DNA from: Raillietiella orientalis | Lineage: Eukaryota | Direction of reading: 5' to 3' | NCBI GenBank assembly: GCA_036172245.1 | Contig: JAYWIR010000002.1 | Coordinates: forward strand, 2,852,001-2,916,000 | DNA: 64,000 nt | Shown: in pieces, positions 36,952 to 48,525 of the stretch | Numbering within the stretch: the stretch's first letter is position 1 | Layout of the letters: each line of letters opens with the position of its first letter | The notes under the pieces: model-generated | Told to the model about the DNA's origin: nothing | What the model saw: the letters and a program-made list of their open reading frames with translations, nothing else | The model's database searches: none | Program-made: the position numbers and the translations under genes

Positions 36952-39480
36952 TTTATGCTTTTCCTATTTTATACTCGCATTAGTTTTGTTATATAAATGC
37001 TCAAAATTAATAATCATTTCTGCATTAACGGTCACCATAGAGATAATTTCGTTCCTAAAAAAAAATCACCTTCTTGAATAATAAAAAGAGCAACAAATAA
37101 AATATCAAAATATATTCATTCCTTTTCATTGAAGGATTCCAAAAACAATTTGAATGTGAATGAGTCTTTCGTAGGAATAGCTTTTTTTGTATTCAATAGA
37201 TCATTCTTGCTTCATATTTTCTGACATTATTATATATGTGATAAAAATATTCCCATATCGAGAGAGAATCTTTTTAATTACTATGGCTTTTATTAGTGTG
37301 ATACCATGGAATGATGGGAACCACTTAGTATGAAAGATGCAGCAATATAGGAAATCTAGTGGCTGAGTACCTCTGTAAAACATTTGGTAACCTAGACGCT
37401 TGCCTACTAAGTACTATTGGCTACCAATGGCTTTCTATCATTGCTTTGCCACTCAAGTGTACCAGTGATCTTGGGGAAAAAAATATAATTTGAACTTCTT
37501 GGGAACCCCGAGAGGAAGAAAAATGAACATCATTCTGCTTTATGCACTATTTTATCACAATTATAGCTTTTGCTCTATCTTCATTATGACTGAAGGCAGC
37601 CTGATTATAAACCATGATAAAGCGTACTCAATGAAAGCGCTTTTATAAGAGGATTAAAATGAAACTTTCGAGTTAAATTTCTAATTGTACACTCATTTCA
37701 TTACGTATTTTTTTCCGTATGTGTCTTATCAGATTAAAAAAAAGGGATGCGAAATTGTTGGTCGAATGTTATTGGAAATGCAGAAACCCTTTGCATGCAC
37801 CTTGCCAATGAAATTTTCTGCTGTATTATCGTCTTCAGTCATGGAAGCAGGACAATTTCTGATTGAATACACAGTGATATTCTTTGTTTTAATTCTACAG
37901 TCCCTCCTGAGTGCGAACCAATCTGTTGGTTATTCTGTTTGTGTGCCATTAATCTAAACGAGCCTGTAATTATGTTCATTATTCTTTTAAAATTCGCTTT
38001 AAAATAGTAGAATTGTAATTTGTTCTACATCTGCAACAGTAGGAAAACTTCATCTAAATTATCCCACCTTTTTTATTTCCTTTTTGATAAATAACGTTAT
38101 TTTTTTGTTCTCGAGAATTAATACCAGGAATTTATCGATATTACTATGTTTGTATTTTATAGGGACTAGAGAGTTTATTCTATTATCAGTTTTTATTCAA
38201 ATCTATTAGTTTAGAGTTTTGTCTAGCTATTTTTCAAACTAAATATAATATTAATACTAAAAATTCATTTCCAACGAAAATACACAGACGGCCGAAAAAT
38301 GATCATCTCCAAAATTTTCATGCAATCAAATCTGGATTGTTGAATTTAGAAAGATATTAGAATTGTGATTAGCAATAAGTAAGATACATACACAACATCT
38401 GTTTGTTTATCAGCATTTCAACTGTGACAGATTTGTCCACTTTCACGAAGTAACTGTAAACTTTTAGTTGTCGCTAAGAAAGTTTTGTGTGATCTTCAGT
38501 TTTGTTCCTTGATTTAATCGGTACATATGCTTTCTTCAATGATTCCTTATTAGGAAAACACTCCAAATAACTTACAAAAGCATTGAGGTTTTTCAAGCAA
38601 TAACATTAGTTGCAAACTTTCTTGTGACTTTTGAAAAAACTGGGACTTCTTTCAATATAAATGAAGTTAAATGAAATCTTGAAGTTTTTAGTTAAGGATG
38701 TGGTTCGGCTATAAGCAAATGATCTCTCAATAATTACGGTTTCTTATTTTAATGTGATAGGAAATAAATGCTCAGGATTGCAACATACAAATGTAGGAAT
38801 TTTTCAAAGTACTCTTCAAAATCATCAGTCTTTAAAGTCAGTGGACATTAAGGAATAATCAAGGGAACGTTAGATCTATTTTCAATTGCAGTAGGAGGAT
38901 TTAGGAAATACTAGTACTATTACTGGAATATAGGGTTACTTTCTATTGTTCTAACTACAGATGATTATCACTAGCATTACTAAAAATAAAACGTGTATAA
39001 ATTTCAAATAATGAAGCTGATTATGCTTTAACTTTGGTGCTACAAATCTTTTATCAAGTTGTACGGAAAAAATAATGAAATATGTTTAGTTCCATAATTT
39101 GAAAAGCTATTGACAATATGTATTTTATTCTTTGCCAATTTCGTGAAAAAAGCTTTCAGCTGTTAATATTTAAGGAACTGAATGATTGAGCAGAAAAGTT
39201 AGTTGTCTCTGTGACAAAGTTCACATTCAGTCATTATTCCCGATGTGGAAACTCTGTCCTTGTTTTTTTGAAATGCAAGTGTTCATGCAAGCGTTTGTGT
39301 TTGCGGTATAGAGTGTACTTTGTTTGTGTTGCGGTACGTTAAGAGCAATTCAACTTCAAGAGTCTTTAAGTAAAGTGTATATGGAAGTTGCTTGTTGGGC
39401 ATTGCGAGTCGAATTACTTCTCATGTAGATTACCAATTATTTTATTGCTTTCAGTTTTTATGCTGTTTGTTTCATGGTTA

Positions 39481-41439
39481 ATGAAAATCATGGGACAGAA
39501 AAGAAATCACGAAAGTTGCAAAGAATTGAAATCTGATGTAACAGAGGATGAAAGTGAAACTTTCGAAGAAAGTAGGCTTATGTCATTATAACACTGTGCC
39601 ATCATTATCGAAAATGTAAATTTCAGAGAAATCCAAAACATATGCATGCCCCTATTTGGATACGATAAGTAGGCATGTGTTAGATTTTGATTTCGAAAAA
39701 TTGTGCTGTATATCATTGTCTCGGAACAATGTATATGCATGCCTTATCTGTGGGAAGTACTATCAAGGTAACTATGCCACCATTAATAGAGGGGAAGAAA
39801 AAACTAATTTTTACAGGAAGAGGACCATCAACACATGCATACATCCACAGTGTAAGTGAAAGGCATCATGTGTTTTTGAATCTACATACCTTGAAATTTT
39901 ATTGTCTTCCCGATAATTATGAGATAATTGGTATGTACAAATGTAATCACAGATTTAAACATGCACTTGCATTAGATTCTTCCTTGGAGGATATAAAATA
40001 TTTATTGAAACCAACATTTACTCAAAAGTATATTGAACAACTTGAGACAAATGATAGGTTAACAAGAGCATATGATGGCACTATGTATCTACCAGGAATT
40101 GTTGGCTTAAACAACATTAAAGCCAATGATTACTGTAATGTAGTGCTCCAGGTAATTCAGTTTTTTCTATTTTGCAATTCAGATGTCTTAAGGCTCTCTC
40201 TCACGTACCTACATTACGAAATTACTTTTTGCGTGAAGAAAACTATATGCACATACAACGCCCTCCTGGTGATATGGAATTCTTACTAGTTCAAAGATTT
40301 GGTGAACTGTTGCGCAAGTTATGGAATCCCCGAAATTTTAAAGCTCATGTATCCCCACATGAAATGCTCCAAGCAGTGGTGCTCTGCAGTAAAAAGACAT
40401 TTCAGTTTACAAAACAAGGTTCCCTATTGGTATTCTGAAGAAATTATATCTAGTCCTTGCATTGTTTAGGTGATGCTGTTCATTTTTTGTCATGGTTTCT
40501 CAATTCATTGCATCAAGCATTAGGAGGTACCAAAGCTAAGGATTCATCTATAATTGTGCGTACCTTCCAAGGTTCTATGCGCATTACAACTCGTAAAATA
40601 CCACCAGTGGAATTTGATGAACGAGAGAAGGATAGATTGCGTGCTCTGCCTGAATATCAGGGTGAGTTGCATTTTAAAAGTGGTTCATTGTGACATGAGT
40701 TTTTTTTAGCTACTGTCCAGGACAGTACCTTTCTTTACCTGACTGCAGATCTTCCTCCCCCTCCTTTATTTAAAGATGAATTGAAAGAGAACATAATTCC
40801 ACAAGTTTCTTTGTATGCTTTGCTCACCAAGTTTAATGGTATTACAGAAAAAGAATACAAGACATACAAAGAGAACTTTATCAAGAAATTTGAAATCACT
40901 CATCTTCCATCATATCTCATTTTATACATTAAGGTATATGTTATATGTGTCAGCAAATCACACTGTATTTTTTCCACACATAGCGCTTTACGAATAATAC
41001 ATTTTTTATTGAAAAAAATCCGACTATTGTGAATTTTCCTATTAGGTGAGTTGTTTGTAAATATTTCTGATATTATCAGTTGGATTCCAGATCCATTGAT
41101 TTTGGAGATCTTCTTAGTGCGGAAATACGTAGCAAACATAAGCATACAGTCTATGACTTGCTGGCCAATATTGTACATGATGGTGATCCTCAGGATGGAA
41201 GTGGCACATACCGTTGCCACATTCTTCATAAGGTATGGCAAGACCTCATGAAATCCTTACACAAAGATAATTCATCTTTAGGGTACAGGCAAATGGTTTG
41301 AGATGCAAGATCTTCATGTGAAGGAGATTTTGCCACAAATGATAACTTTGACTGAGGCCTACATTCAGGTAAAGTATATGTATCATTTGCATATCCTAAT
41401 CATAGTGTTTTACAGATATATGAGCAGCGACGTGACTGA
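39481..41439 (+). CDS. USP39: U4/U6.U5 tri-snRNP-associated protein 2 (USP39/Sad1), 11 coding exons
   Basis: CPYLDTISRHVLDFDFEKLC (ZnF-UBP), GIVGLNNIKANDYCNVVLQAL (Asp in place of the catalytic Cys, as in USP39), LWNPRNFKAHVSPHEMLQAV, WFEMQDLHVKEILPQMITLTEAYIQIYE. Ten GT-AG introns of 41-55 nt. Start is ATG 39481 or 39490. Confidence 0.98.
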
Positions 41440-41442
41440 CTG

Positions 41443-41471
41443 AATAAAGGCAACACTGCAGATCATTTATT
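41443..41471. terminator. Opposed polyadenylation signals of USP39 (+, 41443-41448) and CCAR1 (-, 41466-41471)
   Basis: AATAAA lies 3 nt after the USP39 TGA. A minus-strand AATAAA includes the predicted CCAR1 TAA stop. Confidence 0.7.
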
Positions 41472-44400
41472 TCTTCATTTCATTGTCTTGTTCCATTCCC
41501 CTTTCCTTTTCTCGATCATGGGTTTCCAATAAAGGACTGACAATATGAAATACTGAACGCAGCCCACCTTCCAATTTGCCACATAAGCTCTATCTGCAAT
41601 GTTAGTTAACAGAAACATAAAACAACAACTCACTTTTATAGAATTTAAATTTTCTTCCGTGGAACCTAGCTTTTTGCGGCAATCTTTAAGATCCTGAGCC
41701 AACTTTTGATTAGCTGCCTCTGTCTTAGAACAGGTACTTTGAGCAAGTTCAAGTTGCTCTTGAAGTTCTTTCAAGCAAGCCTCTGTATTACTGCGTGCTC
41801 TGTCACTACGTTCAAGCTGTTGCTGCAGCTTTTCTACATCCAACAAACTTCCTCGATACATAACCATTCCTGCATAGCTTCTGTTAATGTGAATGCCAAG
41901 TTGTTCTTACCTCCACTTTCATTGTTCCCTGTGTCATTTTCCAAGGTGTTGCTTTCCCCAAAAACAGGCAACAATTTGTTGTTACCTGAACAATATTCTA
42001 GCCAATTCTAATAATGTAATAGTTGTTTACCCTGAGCTAATTCCTCCACGGGAATATGGTTGGCTACAAAGCCTGCAGCATCATCATCTTCTGCATGGCT
42101 GGTTTTATTGCGATCTGTCAATTTCCGATAATTGAGCGTGTCTCTGCCAATAACCTTCTGCACCAGTTTTTTAATCTAAATCAAATGTGAGTTCCATCCA
42201 ATCAAAATGTCACCAACTTGAGCTCTGGATAGTCGCAAGCCAAGCAAACACAGAATGTCCTCCAAGTCTTTATCAAAGATGTAACCACAATGATTTTGAT
42301 CGAAATAAATGAATGAAAGTAGCAAATGAGGACGCACAGTGTGCTGTTTCAATTTTTCTCTTTTTCTAGAAGCGCGATCACTATTGGCATTACGATCTTC
42401 ATCTGCTTCATCTTCATCTTCCTCCTCCTCTTTCTCTACGCTCTTTTCCTCCTTTTTTTCCCCTTTATCCTTTTTTTTTTTATCGGATTTTTCCTAAGAA
42501 ACGAATGCATTTGAACCAAGTTTATCACTGCTGTTACTTCACCTCACTGATTCGATCTGGGGCTTCAACAAGTGCTTGATAAATATTGAAGCTGAAATCT
42601 CTAGTTAACATTTCATTGAATTGCTCAGCAAATAAGGACACTTCAAAGGAGTGCTCCTGAAATGGTTTTTAAATCATTATTCAAAAGCACACATGGTTAC
42701 TTTGTTATCTTCCTGACGATAATCTAGTAATACAGACAGAGACATCACAGTACAATCGAATTTTCCATTCTTAGCAGTCCGTGAAGGATAAATAAGAATA
42801 TGAGGGCTATCAGGAAGATTGGGATGTACAGCTCCTAGCTGATTGGTGTCACCTTCCTTTGACATAAAAATTAGAACTATTAATTTTTCGATTGCAATGT
42901 TTACAGTTTTATGCTGTTCTTCATCCTCTCCATCTGTTAGACCATCATGATTCATCAATTCAGTTCCTGGTTCAGCATCTTTAGCTGCTTCCAATCTCAG
43001 GGACTTTCCCAGTCTTGCTATGAGCTGTGATTTCAGACCTTTGGCATTCAGACCACGTGCTTCTAACTCTCGACGCAGCTCCCCCACCTACAACACAGAA
43101 GGCAGATGTATAGATTGACAAAAGATGATAACAGCGCTAGCGCTCCTAGTCAACCTTCATAGTCTTAGGATCAAGCTCTGTGTGGTGGGTTGGTTCATGT
43201 TTCTCATCTGATTCCGTTGTATCAGCAGGATCCTCCTAAAAAAGGGACATCAACGCCTTAAACATTGCCTGGCAAATAGGTAGGCTGTGTCCAGGAAGGA
43301 CAAGCTGACCCTATATAGCAGCATCTATTTCCTAAACAGCTTTACCCCACCCGCCTGGAAGAAGGAAGTAAACAAGTGCCTTTTCCTCATCAGGATTGTC
43401 AGGTAGCAGGTGAATTGCTGGGGATTCCTTTTGTTGTGTGTGCAGCATTTGCCATTCCAATTGGGTGGGCAAACAGCTCCAAACATCTGGCAGAAAGATG
43501 ACTACTGTCTCAACACGAGGGGCCCCTTGGCGACCCCGGCGGTAGTACACTTCCAGGAAGTGGTACCTGTGAGGAGGTAGCAAATATTGTATGAAGGAAA
43601 CTGCACAAGTTTTCATGCTCACAGACAAACTCAGACAGCTTAACCTGTGTCATGGCATGGCCTATCCTGAGGGAAATTTTTAAAGGGTTGGGAAAAATTA
43701 CTGCACACAACTACATGGGGATCAAAGGGAAAATGCTGGAAGCGCAACTCTTACCACTGGGTGCAATGACTGAGATCAAGACCAGTCAAGGCTTTGCAAG
43801 TACGAATGGCAGTACGAATCAAAACACTCGGATCTTCTTTTGGATTACAACCATCCAACGAAGGAGACCATGGTCCTCCTATTGCCATGGTTTCAGTTTT
43901 CCCTTTAAGTCCAACTAAGAAATTTATGAGACGAGTTGGGTGAACATGAGCTTCTCGATTGTCGGTGGGATTTTCTGCTAAATTACATGAACGCCGATAT
44001 AACTCTTCTATATGGGGCATTGATAACAACATCACCTAAAAACGCATTACGTTTACTTTACTTGCTTATGGTACACATGCCCACCTTAGCAGAAAATAAG
44101 TAATCAGCATCAGGAGGATCAAGAACTGCAGGACTACTTTCCTCTGCTTTATTCCCATCTTTAGGAAGAACGTGAAAAGAGCAAGGATGAGTAAGATTTA
44201 ATGGTCTATAAATAGGAAAACAATGCTGCCATTTAAGACTTGCAGAAAAAAAATCTGATGGAATATAAAGGTTTGCATAGCGTCGACGCATCTCGAGTAA
44301 ATTCATTTCCAGCCTTGAAGACATAAACAAAATCATCATTGCTTACAAATCTGGAAAAAACTCTAACTGGCTTACATATCTATTGGAGTTTTGGGCACCT

Positions 44401-46954
44401 GGACCATATAACGGGGAACAATACGTGCTCGTCGGCGAGGGGGTGAACAGCTACATGTATTGGAACGTTTAGGAGGAGTATGACTTCTGTCCCTCTTTTC
44501 TCTATCCCTGAACATTTAATTATGCAAACTGTGACATAAGTTACTAGCATACCTGCTGCCTCTGTCATCTTTTCTATCCCGACCTTTATCACGGTCGTGA
44601 CGTACTGGGGATACTTTGCGGGGGGTAGGATGGCGAAAATTTTGGCCATGTTCTATAAAACCTCTCAAAGAATCAAAACAAATGAATGTAAATTAACTTA
44701 CCAGGTGGGGGTACTGCAGAATAACTTCCTCCACTATATGTCTGCTGTGATGGTGGTAGCACCTGTGAAAGGCGCAAGACTTGAATGCGTGTTGCATTCC
44801 ATTTAAAAGGCATGTTAGCATTATATGCTGCTTCTACCAATACACGATCGCCCACTTTGGGTAAAGAGCCTTTCACACAACTATCAGGACTATAAGCAAC
44901 ATGGATGATAGAAAACAAGGAGACCTGACTTACCCAATTTGAAAAAACACATCTTCATCTACAAAGCCAAAGTTGTCATGGAACTTTGTCACAACTCCAG
45001 TAAACACACGCTGTTTTTGTTGTTGTTGGGCCTGATTCTGAACTTGAGAAAGTGCAGACTGTTGTGCAAATGCTGAAGGCTGAAGAGTTCTAGCAGTAGG
45101 ATAAGTAACTGCATTCATCTGGCCAACATTTGCTGACAAACTAGTGGGAAGAGCTACACCCGGTGCTCCCAGAGAAGAAGGCAATGCAACAGTATTCTGG
45201 AAATGCCATACAGTTAAATTAAACCAAAATAAGTTCCTTTAACAGATTTACAAACCTGAACTTGGGCCAACATTGATGTCTGTTGCAAAGCAGCATTCTG
45301 AAAGATATTTGAAAAACCAAGTCAATAATCAATAATAATAATAATTAAGCACATTTACTTATTGCATTTTTATTAAAGTTTTGTGAACCATAAGTTAAAC
45401 TATAACAATAATGAGATGCAATTTTAAAACTTTACACTTGGATATACAGCTGTTATTTATGATTTTCAAAATGTTCTCGACTGAAAGATATCAGTAAGAT
45501 TTTTAAAAATTTACACCAAACATAAACCAATCCACCTGTTAAAACTAATACATGTGAGGTTTAGATACAATTCAGTGTTTAAGGACTGACTGATTTTTGA
45601 AAATGAACAATTTTCCACTATACCTGTTGCATGCCCAAAGCTGTATTATAGGCAACCTGAGGTGACTGCTGCTGAGATAAAATCATTGTATTTGCCCCAA
45701 GTCCTGCATTTATACCAGCTTGATTATTAAGTGATGCATTCTGCAATGTAGTCTGACTTAATATAGATCCAAGTGATGCTTGGGAAACTGAAATGAAAGC
45801 ATGACAAACTTCACCAAATGATAAAAGTTGATTTTGGTAAATAGCATTTCTCCCGAAATTTGTTTTCAATTTCCCTACACCTCAAAATAATTCCCTTGAA
45901 TAGTTGATGTTACATTATAATCATAAAAACAGAAGACAACTTTACTAAGAATCAATTTACTGAACATTTTTGAAAATCACCTACTCTTATTTACTAAGGT
46001 AATGGGTGAATATTTAAATTGTGTTCATCAAGACTGGATTTACAATAGTACAAGCTGCTGGATTCACGGATATTTTTCGATGTATGCAGCTAAAAATCGT
46101 TGATTCAATACAAAATTCGATTGCAATTTCTAGTTAAGATAAAAATACCCACATAAAACTACATCAACAAAATCATCAAAAACAGGTGCCTTAAACATTA
46201 CTAAAGAATAACTAAATATTCCTACTTAAAGAGCATAACTGTGTACCCATACAGAATGAAAACTCCAATAACACATAACAAGCTAATGTCATCCTTCATA
46301 TATTCTTGAGGACTCTAGACTAATAATGAATACCCGCATAAATACTTTAATGAGAGCTTTAAGCAATTCTACACTGAATCAGGAAATTATAATTACTTAC
46401 TAATCTGAGGATTGAAGACCACTAATTTCAAAACAATCTACCGAACAAAAATTCTGTCTTCACTTAATTCGTCATGCAGTATTTATTTAAGATTTTCCAA
46501 AACATATGATTATAAATGAGGAATCTTCAATATACACTCAATGTACATTAATTATGATTTAAAAATTGTAAACTGTTTATTCATGCAATCAGTCGTACAA
46601 AACAAAAGCGTGATAATGCCAGGTTGGCAATCAGTATCCCTAGGTATAAATTAGGAGCAGTCCACGAAAGTAAATTGAATAATCTCTAACTGCTTGAAAA
46701 CACTGAAAACGCATATTGACAAAAATTACGGAAAGTAACTTTTAAAGTTGGTACTTTTTGACACTAAGAAGAATCCTATTTCCCTCAAATGTATAACTTC
46801 ATACATTAATAAATTATAGTTGTTGAATAAATCATATGTTAGTGTTGTATATCATATGGATGTTTTCTTTCCTTCTTTAAAATAACATGAAAAAATATTT
46901 ACCACCAATTCCACCTCTGCCCCACATGTGATTCTTTGTTGTATACTGTGCCAT
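41467..46954 (-). CDS. CCAR1: Cell division cycle and apoptosis regulator 1 (CCAR1/DBC1 family)
   Basis: Start MAQYTTKNHMW. S1-like domain QRVFTGVVTKFHDNFGFVDEDVFFQ / KVGDRVLVEAAYNANMPFKWNATRIQ. DBC1 domain AIGGPWSPSLDG...LIRTAIRTCKALTGLDLSHCTQWYHFLEVYY. SAP domain LDPKTMKVGELRRELEARGLNAKGLKSQLIARL. EF-hand-like YFDQNHCGYI. C-terminal coiled coil. The last-exon acceptor is inferred. Confidence 0.95.
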
Positions 46955-48429
46955 TCTGTAACATGAGCAAAACACTTTATGCAAGCATTTTGCAATTAAA
47001 TGTTGAAAGCATGTTCGCAACTTCAACTGCGTGAAACTATTGTGGGGCTTAGCAGTGTAATTTCAGTCAGAGTTATCAGACAACATTTGATGAAACTAAA
47101 CTTAAAGTAACAAACGATTAGGTACTTGAGTTTACTTTCAAAAGATACTTGAACCAGATGTAAATTCAATTGGAGGGTGGCATATTTATCAATTTTAACG
47201 TAAAGAACATATATTTATGTGCTTTATACTAAAATTGTTCTATAACTTAACACATTAAGAATATCCCTTGAACAACAGTAGCGTAGCAGATCATGCTTGA
47301 AGTAGCTGTTGCTTACTTGAAGCATTTGTTATGGGAAAATAATTTTGTATAGTGAGTATTCTTGCCCTATACATACTGATAAATAATGTGTTAGCATTTA
47401 CAGCCATTAGTTCATGGATTGCGGTGAAGCATACCAGAAATGGCGACTCTTTACTCTCATATGATGCATGAATAAAAAGACTGGTAGAAAATCACAAAAC
47501 AAGGAATAGAAAGAAAAAATGCTAATATAAGGTACTAAGAAATAATTAACTAATTGTTAATGTATAATTATATAAAGAAACAATGTAAACTGGTTCCTTC
47601 AGAAGAAAATGTAAGCTTACAAAGCTTTAAATTTATTAATTTCAGAAAACATAAATCATATTCATTGTTAAACGCATAACATAAATAATCGATAAGATAG
47701 CTATTAATTATACTCGAGCATAACCATCACCAATTGCATAAATAATATTAAAAAGAATCCATCATCACAACCATGTCCTCCGAGAATATTCAAGTATTTT
47801 ATGTTTTCCTTCAAAAAATGTAATCTTCCTTGAATTGCCTACAAAACCAGACCATATACATGTTAAAGTTCTTTATACAACAACACGACCTCTTGGACGT
47901 CATATTCGTGACAGTTAATTAATATCTGTATTTTTTTACAATTCAAGAGAAACGCAAAAATTCTCCATGTTTGCAATTCATGACAAGAATGAAAGCTAGT
48001 TCTTTTCAGATAAAAATATATAAATTTTGATTTGAAATCATCTTTAATAGCGAAATTTATACAATTTCATGATCAGTTAATACACTGAGCTTTAAACAAT
48101 AATATTAAGTACAAAAAATGTATACAAAGATATGTATAACGGCACTTTGTATCATTATGGAGTTATTTTGTTATGACATTCTCTGACTTTCATCTAACAT
48201 ATGACAATCCGATTCAGATAAGCGTTTATTTTAATAAATTTTAACGATGCAGGTTCTCACTACGGTTTCTTTTAATAGTGGATTACGAAATTTTCTTGCG
48301 TCCTTAATAAAACTGGTCTGGAATTAATATCTGCAGCTTTCAAGAATAGCTTTCATTTCTTTAATGCTATTTGTTTTATTTCTTTTTTGATTGTTTTCAA
48401 AATAAAATGTTTTCAACAAGTGTGTCACC

Positions 48430-48525
48430 CTTGTAGAGATAGCGAATCTTTCGCGCAAAAGCCAATGTCCGATTCGGAAGTGTACGGCGGGAAGCAGTCC
48501 GTTCAACAGATGTACTGCCGATCAT
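48430..48525 (-). promoter_or_regulatory. Probable CCAR1 promoter or non-coding first exon
   Basis: Local CpG-rich patch with CCAAT and CGGAAG motifs and a possible minus-strand donor (AAGG|GTGACA). The CCAR1 ATG exon starts with an acceptor (ttacAG|A ATG), so an upstream exon is expected. Confidence 0.4.
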
